Part shown: piece by piece, positions 1 through 8,632 of the stretch
Numbering within the stretch: position 1 is the stretch's first letter
How the letters are laid out: each line of letters starts with the position of its first letter
Origin: Epithemia pelagica
Taxonomy: Eukaryota > Protista > Bacillariophyta
Length of the DNA stretch: 64,000 nucleotides
Reading direction: 5' to 3'
Assembly (NCBI GenBank): GCA_946965045.2
Contig: OX337234.1
Coordinates: forward strand, 2,480,001-2,544,000
Translations under genes and position numbers: made by a program
The notes under the pieces: model-generated
Database searches by the model: none
Seen by the model: only the letters and a program-made list of their open reading frames with translations
Told to the model about the DNA's origin: nothing

Positions 1-2
1 TG

Positions 3-1277
3 GTACTTCCAGTTGACGGAGGATCCCGAGTGTGATTTGGTGGTTGTCTTGTTGTTGCTTCTGGAGGTGCGATTGGAGTTTCCCTTGGGTTTCTGGTTGA
101 GAGATCCGCGACTGCCACCGCGCGAGTGTGCGCGTGGTCCGGAAGCTTGCTTGGAACTTTTGTGGGGACAATCTTTTGCCCAGTGGTCGAAACTGCCACA
201 AATTAGACATGCTCCTTTCGACAAGGGGGTGTCGCCCATGTGTTGACGAAGGGCCATGGCTTGTACTTCCGAGAGGTTGGCAAAGGCTGCAGGAGGTGTC
301 TTGGAGTCTTTGTTGTGGGTAGAAGCTGGCCATTTCTTGAGGTTCATGGCATCCATGTACAGAGCTTCGGCTTTGTCACAGATGTGGGCAAAGGAGAGTC
401 CTTCTTTATCAAGAGTATCTTGTTGGTCTTGTTCCGTCATGTATCGAATCTCGAGAATTCGTTGTTGAACTTGTGGGTACAGATTCAACAATCCAAGGTT
501 GTACAAGGGATCACCATTTGCGAGTGCAAAGGCTTGGAGAACGGACAAGGTAAGTGTTTGTTTGTAAAATCCTGATGCAAACAGATCCTCACAATCTGCC
601 TTCATGTGTGCAGCCATTTCAGAGATGTCCTGCCCTGGATACATGAATGGGGTTCGGCTTGCGATCTTGGCGGATAAAGCATCGTATTTCTGAACCGAGT
701 CGGATTGGAGAAGGTTAATAAAAGTCATCCAGGTAACGAGAAAGGAGTCCGTTGTGTTCGTCTTTGTTTCTAACATCTTGCGAATCTTCAGTTCGACAGA
801 GTCGAGGAGACACATGCGTGCAGCGGTGTCGTTCTCTGAATCATATGGGTCGAAGTTGGCGCAGTGCACGGGGGCTGCCTTCTGCACAAGCTTGAGGTTA
901 AAGCGGGTGTGCTCATTTACAATGTGTCGCATCTCGTTTGGGTTGGCTGGATCGGCGAGGTAGCAGATGGTGTCGAGACCTCGGAGTACGAAGATGTCGT
1001 TGAGACGCTTCATAAATTCGTGGAGGTTGTCTCCCTTTTTGTAACGAATTGACAATCCACTGCAGCGAGTCTCGAATCCGGTGATGTCTTTGCCGAATCG
1101 TCGTTGGTGAGGAGTTGCAGGGTAGGTTTTGGCGGTTGGGTCGAGTCCTTTCCAGGTGGGGAGAGGCTTTCCGCCGGTCCAAGCCGCCCACTTGTACTCG
1201 TCGAGTTGAACAAGATCGCCCATTGTGGGCTTGGGTGGCTTGAAAGTGGGCTTGGGTGTAGTTTCAGAACTTGCCAT
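3..1277 (-). mobile_element. Ty1/copia (CoDi-like) LTR retrotransposon gag ORF, running off the left edge of the window
   Basis: Manual minus-strand translation from the ATG at 1277 (MASSETTPKPTFKPPKPTMGDLVQLDEYKWAAWTGGKPLPTWKGL...) is open to position 3. It contains WTGGKP and KWPASTHNKDSKTPPAAF, resembling diatom CoDi gag, and a CCHC zinc knuckle CLICGSFDHWAKDC (~180-225). It is absent from the ORF track because no stop falls in the window. Confidence 0.85.
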
Positions 1278-1410
1278 GCTGGAGGTGTCCGAGGCGTTTC
1301 CGTGAGAACTGGAACTGTTGAAGACGATTTCTTCTTCAATTGGCTCAAAGGAGAAGTGGCTCCCTAGAGTCGATGGCGAAGCGTCGCTTGGGGTAGACAG
1401 CTTGTTGGCC

Positions 1411-1809
1411 TGTCAAAAATCTCGAGAAGGGGTACTAGTCCGACGATGATGGTCGTTGGGCTAGAACAGAGGAAACGATAGCGGGTTAGGCTGTAATTTG
1501 GGCGTAATAACCTGTCAGAGTCACTAGCATACACTGGGTATACTAATAGCTAAGGGAATACCGCGTAGTCGGGGTGGAGATTGATCAAGTCTCCACACCA
1601 ACCTAGAAGTCTTTTGCGTTGCAAAAACTCCTGTATCGATATTATGATTAAAGCTATAGAGTAAACAAAGTGATCTTGAGTTCCTCATTTTGATTCCTCG
1701 CTTTGGTTTCCAGGAATTGATCTGCTATCTTGCAACGCACAGCTTGATTCAAATGGACGATAGTTATCTCATTTGTTGTTTGTTGTGTCATAGGTTAGTT
1801 AGCAAAACA
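1411..1809 (-). repeat. putative 5' LTR of the copia element (boundaries uncertain)
   Basis: Non-coding stretch directly upstream of gag. On the minus strand it can be read TGT(1809)...TGACA(1411). The second LTR is outside the window and no PBS was identified. Confidence 0.35.
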
Positions 1810-1994
1810 TGAGTGTCGTAGACACAAACAACGAGTGGCCCGGCGTTCTGTGGCGCCAAAAGCCCATCCTGCGCGTTATGCATGCGCGGATTCCGACATG
1901 TAGGCTTATATCATTGGGTCATGCAACACAAACTGCCAGTCGTGCAAATTCAATATTTCAAAACACAAATACAAATTTGGAAACGCGACTGGTG

Positions 1995-2372
1995 CTAAAA
2001 ACATAAACTGCGACTGTTGCGAATAAAAGTGCGGCATCGATAGCAAGATAAAACTCCACTGGAACTTCGAGAGATAAGATTCATACCATGAGCCATTCCA
2101 AGTTTCTTCAAGTGACATAAAAGCTTGTTCAAGCCTTCTTTAGTTGGTGGGAATTTGGAAGAGTCAAAAACAATAGGATGTGTCTGTGTCTTGTTGGTAG
2201 GTTTGCACCGTGTGGCTTTGTACCTTGACCTATCAGTAAATTGAAAGAGATCAACAGGATTCTCATATCCGATAATGTCACTGCAGAAGAGTTCGGCTTT
2301 CCAATTGTTGAGTGCATGAAGCTCGCGATTGAGTCGACTTACTCCGTTGGAAGAATCTGCCGCCATTGTCAA
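1995..2372 (-). pseudogene. degenerate ORF fragment, possibly the N-terminus of a DNA-transposon-associated protein
   Basis: 125-aa ORF (FDSSKFPPTKEGLNKLLCHLKKLGMAHGMNLISRS...LSCYRCRTF) that decays into stops toward the putative LTR. Resemblance to transposase N-termini is by eye only. Confidence 0.25.
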
Positions 2373-2781
2373 ACCACATCAAATCAGCAAAACAGCAGAT
2401 GAGTAATACAGAGCATGCGATGTGACAAAGTGAGATTTGAATTCAGTGGGATGGTGGGCATGCGTTTGATTCAAACGGGAGGAGGGCTTGCTCGATAGTA
2501 ATGGAAATTTGATGAAATCAGAAAAATAGAATTGTGAAAAAGAAAATTTTGTTGTCTGTGTCCACTTGGGAACCTATGGAAGTGGCACAGACAAAAAACA
2601 GCTAAGCAGTGGACACTGATACCGAGGGTATGCCGATTCGCTTTTCTGTTCGTGATCATGACGTGTCGCGATTGCTTTTCCGAATTCCTTCTGCGACACG
2701 AATAGCGATCTAACAGCGACTAAGCCTCCATTTTCGGCCCTATGGCGGTCGAGATCGAGGGAAACGACAACGAACAAAGCA

Positions 2782-3426
2782 ATGAACAATGGAAGCCGTG
2801 GCAGTAAATCGTTCCCTTTCCAACATGCTATTTCAGGCACCGTAGTTCTAGCAGGAGTTACACTGATGGCCTTGTCCGCAGCAGTTGCGGTTTTGTATTG
2901 GGGATCGGAACCACGGAGGGACCAGAACAGGGGGCCGTCGAATTCGCAGCACGACCTTGACACTTACACAGGAACGAGCAATGACATGGAACATCGAACG
3001 ACCGACCATGATGGCGAATATTTGAAGTCTTCCACATATAACAACGGAGATGTTGTGAAAGGAGGGAGTAAGGAAGTAAAGACTCCCGAACATGCACACG
3101 CTACACATGCAGTATTCGAACCAACAACGCTGGACCAACTACGCGCACAGTATACAACAACAACGAAAGGATCCTCTGGTAAACCTTCTTTGACAAATCC
3201 AGCACCTGATGATGATACGTCGACACAAGATGGAAGACTTGTTGTTGTGAAAAATACTACGGAACTGGCTAGTTTTCTGCGTCTTTGTCAGTCATCATCT
3301 TCTCCACCCGACTGGGCCCGAGAGGATGAACCAGCCAGAGAATCACGACCTTGCAAGAGGCAGCAATACGCACAAGACGAATTCCTTGCATCCATGACCT
3401 TTGCGAGATGCGAATGCTGCACGTAA
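2782..3426 (+). CDS. hypothetical protein with an N-terminal transmembrane anchor (3' end uncertain)
   Basis: 214-aa ORF with hydrophobic segment VVLAGVTLMALSAAVAVLYW. Coding-like sequence continues in another frame to ~3630. Confidence 0.4.
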   Translation: MNNGSRGSKSFPFQHAISGTVVLAGVTLMALSAAVAVLYWGSEPRRDQNRGPSNSQHDLDTYTGTSNDMEHRTTDHDGEYLKSSTYNNGDVVKGGSKEVKTPEHAHATHAVFEPTTLDQLRAQYTTTTKGSSGKPSLTNPAPDDDTSTQDGRLVVVKNTTELASFLRLCQSSSSPPDWAREDEPARESRPCKRQQYAQDEFLASMTFARCECCT

Positions 3427-3656
3427 ATCTTTCAACAACCTTTGCGTTCGCTCTCATTGCCGTTTTGAGCGATGGGAGACGAGATGGTTTGAACCTGTTT
3501 CACCAGGGTAAAGAGCAACACAATGTGCTTTGGCCCAGAATCTTACAACACGCTTGGGATTTTTTGCAGAGAAAGCTGAAGAAATCATCACTGACTTAAA
3601 GGTATCTAAGAGAGTTCTACAAATTCGTTGAAGGCAGAGAGAGTCAGCCATTCCTG

Positions 3657-5615
3657 CTATGTCCACGATCTCCATGAACAAAAAGGTCGCTGCGAAAGTG
3701 CCTTGTTTTTTTTCTTTCTTTCATCTTCCTCGTCCTTATCATTTGCGTCGGAGGAAAGGGAATCGCTGGATTCACGGAAACAAATCGCTGCCGTGGCTCC
3801 AATCGCACCAACGGATGCAATAGCTTCGGCTCCCGTCAAACCCACAGTCACAATATTGGCCAAAAGCCCGACTTCCGCACCAAAGGCACCAAGCACGCCC
3901 ATCACACCTGCCATGGCAAAGGGCATGGCCACTGTGGTGCCAATGGCGACACTAGTTCCAATCGCAAACGTCTTTATTTTGCTCGAACTCACAGCACGGG
4001 GCATGCACGGATTCATGTTCCAAACAGTGAACTGTTTGGGTGGTACAGGAGCGGGACTGTCGCCTTCCTTCTGCTCTTGGGCAATTTCGGAGGATCCTCC
4101 TGCTGTGTCTGTAGGCTCATCGCTGGAGAAAATTGCAGCGGACTTTGTCTCACCAAACGAACAAACTAGTTTCCCGCTGCTTTCGACACCCTCTTCATAG
4201 GCCATATAGTAGCCAAAAGCTTGCGATCGAAAGGTATAGCCTCCACCAGTTGCTGCTGTTTCCATGGCCCATAACTCGGACCCATCCTCCGGCTTTTCTC
4301 GTACCTCAATCCGTCCTTCGGATGTCGCACAAAGATACTCTTGTTTGCTTGTCGTACTGGACGGGATCGAGCCATCTTCCAGTGGTGGTTTCTTGGGCGG
4401 ATCCGGATGGTAGACACGAAATGCCACAACTCCTTCGTCATCTCCTCGCTGTTCCACAATCAGTTCATCGGATTGTCGAGGATTTGCCGTCACAAATGGA
4501 AAGGGTCCTAGTGAGACGTCCTTTTCACCGGCTTTTAGGGTAAACGTGTAACGTTGACGATGCGCAGCTTCAATCTGCCAAACAACCGCCTCTGTTGTGG
4601 ATGCATCTAGGACCTCCTCCTCTTCCACCAGCGGAATGGTGCTCAGCTTTCCTTCGGTTGTGACACTCAGCAGGCGATCGTACTTTTTGGATCGAAGAGT
4701 GACACCATTACCACTTCCCATGGTGGTGAGGGAGACAGCCCATTCCGTGTCGCAATTGGGATCGTTGACAGACTGAACATGGGCACCGGTTGTTACCGTT
4801 CCATCTTCACGGCAAATCAACAGAAATTGACTGTGCATCCAGGAGGAAATGCGAATGTAGCCATCGACAGATTCCATCATTCGCCAAACTTCCCACCCTT
4901 TCCAATTATCTGTTAGTGACACTGTTCCAACCAAGTCACAACGAAGGCGTTGGTCCAGTCGGTTCGACGACAAGAAACACAATTCCCCCGTCACCGAGTC
5001 CACACTCCATGTATCCCTAACCTCTCTCGAGCTCGAATGAAGGTTGTCTGGAGATGTCATTTTAACGCTGTCATTTTCACAAATCAAGGATTGGCTGGTC
5101 ATTAACGAGGTAATCACGACATTGCCAGTGTCTACTTCTCGCTGCAAAAACCAATGGGCCCGTTCTTGTTCTTGGATAGGTGTTTCAGCCCCGTCCGTCG
5201 TTGATTCTGTTTCCGCAATCGTTGTCACAGCGGTCAAGACGGATGGTAGGTTCGCAGCGTCATTGGGTCCATCATCGCTGCCCTCAATCGTTTCCACCGC
5301 AAGATATCGTTGAAACTTGTGGCTTTGAATCAGTACAACATTGGATCGTCCCGGAACTGGTGACAACACAAATTCTTCTCGTTCCGCTCTTCGTCTGCTT
5401 AGTTGTACTTTCCCTTGTTTTGTGCTACTGAGAAATCGAGTTCCTTGCCGAAAGGAAATTCGATTCGGTTGTTCCAAACAGGGAAAACAAGATTTTGGCG
5501 GAGTAGGGGAGGAGGAGGACGATGAAGGAGTGATCACGGCGCCACAGTCATTACCTTTGTCAGTAAGATCGACAGCATCCGGAGACTCTTCGAGAAGTAG
5601 TTGATCATCGCTCAT
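3657..5615 (-). CDS. fascin/beta-trefoil-like repeat protein with a C-terminal Gly/Ala-rich hydrophobic region
   Basis: ORF from ATG 5615 (MSDDQLLLEE). Repeated W-x-hydrophobic...G...S-x-x-x-x-x-Y/F-L units (e.g. WAMETAATGGGYTFRSQAFGYYM, WAVSLTTMGSGNGVTLRSKKYDRLL) are followed by AIGTSVAIGTTVAMPFAMAGVMGVLGAFG. Confidence 0.6.
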   Translation of the reverse strand: MSDDQLLLEESPDAVDLTDKGNDCGAVITPSSSSSSPTPPKSCFPCLEQPNRISFRQGTRFLSSTKQGKVQLSRRRAEREEFVLSPVPGRSNVVLIQSHKFQRYLAVETIEGSDDGPNDAANLPSVLTAVTTIAETESTTDGAETPIQEQERAHWFLQREVDTGNVVITSLMTSQSLICENDSVKMTSPDNLHSSSREVRDTWSVDSVTGELCFLSSNRLDQRLRCDLVGTVSLTDNWKGWEVWRMMESVDGYIRISSWMHSQFLLICREDGTVTTGAHVQSVNDPNCDTEWAVSLTTMGSGNGVTLRSKKYDRLLSVTTEGKLSTIPLVEEEEVLDASTTEAVVWQIEAAHRQRYTFTLKAGEKDVSLGPFPFVTANPRQSDELIVEQRGDDEGVVAFRVYHPDPPKKPPLEDGSIPSSTTSKQEYLCATSEGRIEVREKPEDGSELWAMETAATGGGYTFRSQAFGYYMAYEEGVESSGKLVCSFGETKSAAIFSSDEPTDTAGGSSEIAQEQKEGDSPAPVPPKQFTVWNMNPCMPRAVSSSKIKTFAIGTSVAIGTTVAMPFAMAGVMGVLGAFGAEVGLLANIVTVGLTGAEAIASVGAIGATAAICFRESSDSLSSDANDKDEEDERKKKNKALSQRPFCSWRSWT

Positions 5616-5736
5616 GATTTCGCTGTGCTTTCTTCGTCTTCTCGTGTTCAGGCTCAGGTGATGACTATCAAGCAAAAAAGAAGAGCACGGAGAGATCAGA
5701 CAGCACAAGAGAGGAATGCGGATTGTGCGGATTGCG

Positions 5737-6067
5737 ACTGAGAACTGCGACGTCCGCTTCATCCACGCCAGCGTGAGTTGTTGTGTGCGTGGTCGTGAAC
5801 TCTTCTGTTGAGCGGTCTTCGTTTTTCCAATCTTGTGCAGGGACTCGAGCCTTTTTTCAACGATGTGCTCGACATGCGCGCTGATTGAGTAACGTCTAAC
5901 GTCGATTGCCGGCTGATCTAGCCTAATGGTGACATCATACTGACACACCGAGACAGCCAGTCGCTGCACAAGATTGGAAAAACCACAACAAACAAGAGAC
6001 GACCACGCACAGCGCACACGCCAACTCTCACGCTGGCGTGGATGAAGCGGATGTCGCAGTTCTCAGT
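5737..6067. repeat. ~60-70 bp inverted repeat pair (MITE/foldback-like) between divergent genes
   Basis: 5737-5796 (actgagaactgcgacgtccgcttcatccacgccagcgtgag...gtggtcgt) is the reverse complement, with small indels, of 5999-6067. Confidence 0.8.
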
Positions 6068-6240
6068 TCTCAGTCCTCATCCTCAGTCGCATTGCATCCC
6101 AATCGGTTCTTTCCTTGATTTTCATATTTTCTTGAGAAAGCAACGCGACATCATGTTCACGTCTCACCATCAACATCAATAGCAACAAGACTGGTCTCAG
6201 CAGCTGCATTCCTTGGCAAACGATAAAACAACAAGAAACC

Positions 6241-7569
6241 ATGACTCCACCACCAAGCCCTGGAAGCCACGCTACCGGCACTGATGATAAAGCTCACAGT
6301 CGCCTTGATGAGGAGGACCCCCAAGATGCTCTCCAACGTATATTCAATTCCTCGGAAATCATAGACAGGTTCAAGTGGGTAGAGGGACAACCACATCAGT
6401 CTGTTTTTGCAGAGGCTTTCAAGTTCATCTTGAACCAAACCCGAAAGCTCGACTTGGAGGCGCCATCGAAAACTGATCTCTTGCGTCACTTTGGTGTACG
6501 GAGAGGAAGCCATTGCCACCGACTGCGCAACTTCATTCATGGCATGTTGTGGCGCCCAATGGCACCGTCCAATGTGGTGGATCATTTGGAAAACATCGAA
6601 TCTCTTGCCACGGTCTATTGTGAGGAAAACTCCAATGGTGGTGCCGGGTACTCTTTCGGGGCATTGTTGGACCGGTACATCTATTTTCAACTCATTTACT
6701 TTCCACAGTGGGTCGACGCACGTTTGATCGGTGGAAAGGGCCGTCGCATTATTCAGGGAAGCCACCAAGCTGAGCAAACACATGTGGAACGCGGTGATGA
6801 AGAGCCAAATGTTGAAGTGACATTGCATTGGGTGCGCGGTGGTGCTCTTGTTAGCCCTGGTCCCGGGCCTGTGTATGACCGAGTAAGCACGGGTCTAGAG
6901 CAGCTCTTGGGTCATGATTTAGACCCAGACTTTCTCTACCTTTGTCATGAAACAGCAATTGAGCATGCCTCCGCAATAGTGAGAGACGGCCCAAATCTGC
7001 TGGGCGCTGTGTGCACGGATTTTGGTCAAGCTTTCTACTTGACAGACTCTTTTGAGTATGCAGTGTTTGCAGGATACATGGTCTCCAATGGACGGGCCGA
7101 TACTGCAGTGCTTGTCTTTCCAGTTCCTCGCGCGGCCCTCCTTGCCGATCGAACTTTGGAAGTTACAGGTGATCGATGGCGGCAGGTTGTTAGGGAATGT
7201 CGTAGAGGCAAGCAAATTAGTGATCCTGTCCTACGGAAGGCATACAACAATGCTGGATGCGTCGTTGGCCCCATCTCCTCCAACGCTCAACAGGTCGACA
7301 CGGGTAGACAAGAAGCCCGGGAAATGGGTTTCAATTTCAAGCAGTGGGCATTCAAAGACGAAGAATTTGCTAGACTCGTCTTGGGGAACATTATCAACCA
7401 TGGGGCTGTGCACGTTTTCCGCATTCTCCACGAACGAGAAGATGAGTGGCAGGCGGTTCCCGAGTGTGGCCGCCAAGGTCGTGGTCGTTTTCGACGAAGC
7501 AGACGTTGGTGGCCAGACACTGACAACGGTCATATTCCCCAGAAATTCCAATCTGAGCTTGCAGCTTGA
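6241..7569 (+). CDS. protein with a C-terminal DUF3990-like (ADP-ribosyltransferase-fold) domain
   Basis: Intronless 442-aa ORF. Motif order LYLCHET...DFGQAFYLTDS...A...VLVF...W..VV.ECR...VVGPIS...QWAFKD parallels DUF3990 (YHG...DFGxGFYxT...W..FV..xR...V.GP...Q..F). Confidence 0.6.
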   Translation: MTPPPSPGSHATGTDDKAHSRLDEEDPQDALQRIFNSSEIIDRFKWVEGQPHQSVFAEAFKFILNQTRKLDLEAPSKTDLLRHFGVRRGSHCHRLRNFIHGMLWRPMAPSNVVDHLENIESLATVYCEENSNGGAGYSFGALLDRYIYFQLIYFPQWVDARLIGGKGRRIIQGSHQAEQTHVERGDEEPNVEVTLHWVRGGALVSPGPGPVYDRVSTGLEQLLGHDLDPDFLYLCHETAIEHASAIVRDGPNLLGAVCTDFGQAFYLTDSFEYAVFAGYMVSNGRADTAVLVFPVPRAALLADRTLEVTGDRWRQVVRECRRGKQISDPVLRKAYNNAGCVVGPISSNAQQVDTGRQEAREMGFNFKQWAFKDEEFARLVLGNIINHGAVHVFRILHEREDEWQAVPECGRQGRGRFRRSRRWWPDTDNGHIPQKFQSELAA

Positions 7570-7929
7570 TCATACAAGGTCCTGACAGTGTCCCTTTGTG
7601 GCGGAAAGCTTACCAACCACTCCCCATTGTTCTTGGGGTACGAACTGTCTGATTGGAATGTCGCAGAGATATAAGAGTAGAATCTTGTTTGCCTGTCCCG
7701 GTAGTCATCATTGATGGCACTATAGAGCATATTGCTAGTATAGAGAAAGCATCGCCATTTCCATGGGTAACCATACTGTTCTCGAGTAATCTAGAGGCAT
7801 ACTTGGTAATATGGGAAGGCACCTCTCGCGTACTTGGGCTCATCCTTGCAAGGAAAGGAGGCATTTTTTGACAAAAGACGGTCATCGTTAGCTTGGATGC
7901 ATAATTTGCCGATAGTTCATACAATCGCA

Positions 7930-7984
7930 TAGCTTGGGGGACTTTACTGACGGTTAACATTATACTGACACACAAAATGAACTT
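7930..7984. repeat. direct repeat, copy 1 (~55 bp)
   Basis: tagcttgggggactttactgacggttaacattatactgacacacaaaatgaactt matches 11418-11469. Confidence 0.9.
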
Positions 7985-8027
7985 CTTTTTTGTAGATTTC
8001 CACAGGCTGATTGCTGAGTGACAGGTT

Positions 8028-8340
8028 TCAACAATCGGCGTCTCCTTGGTCGGTAGCTGTACGATACCATCTCACAGCCTCCATATCACTTTGCGCAACA
8101 CCTCAGCCTTTCTCGTACATGTTTCCTAGATTTAACTGGGCATTGACGTAGCCTTGGTCGGCAGCTTTCTCAGTGCCTCCACATCGCTTTGTGCAACACC
8201 TTGTCCTTTGAAATAACATAGGCCGAGAATCGTTTGGGCGGGACTGTAACCATTCTCAGCAGCTTTTTGGACCAATTGAATGGCCGTTTTGCTATTTTTG
8301 CCAGATTGTGATGTCGCAAGGCTTTCTGGTAATCATGTTT
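8028..8340 (-). pseudogene. Sel1-like repeat pseudogene fragment
   Basis: Minus strand reads KAAENGYSPAQTILGLCYFKGQGVAQSDVEA, then a frameshift, then KAADQGYVNAQLNLGNMYEKG*GVAQSDMEAVRWYRTATDQGDA. These are canonical Sel1 repeats with one frameshift and one in-frame TGA. Confidence 0.85.
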
Positions 8341-8632
8341 TGCATCACGTTCCTCTTCTTGTCATTCTGCCCACGAGCTAGCTTTCGTGCTCTTTCTTAA
8401 GTTTGTCGATGATCCCAATCATTCATGACTTCTTCCGCGTCCACGTCACCCGCATGGCAAAAGGAAAATCATCTTTGGGATGAACAGTAGAATTACAATC
8501 AAATTCTGGCTCGTCGTCGTCGTCGTCGTCTAGGCGATGGACCAGGGAGTAACGTCAAGGATCTTGTCAACTGGTTCACCCCTTCGGTCTTCCCTCTAGA
8601 CATGGACTGACACTCTTTCTATGCTTCCCCTC

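Noticed and set aside
1574-1596. 23-bp near-palindrome gtggagattgatcaagtctccac in the putative LTR
   Set aside because: Too short to interpret on its own.
3454-3681. Short minus-strand ORF (ADSLCLQRICRTL...FWAKAH) with a vague F-box-like look
   Set aside because: It overlaps the end of the upstream gene, and the opposite strand looks equally coding. Support is too weak.
3628-4200. 190-aa plus-strand ORF and other long antisense ORFs (e.g. 31388-32134, 35525-36220, 53269-53868)
   Set aside because: They are shadow frames of well-supported genes on the opposite strand.
7610-7975. 121-aa minus-strand ORF and coding-like fragments between the DUF3990-like gene and the direct repeat
   Set aside because: No recognisable motif, and multiple stops in the alternative frames.
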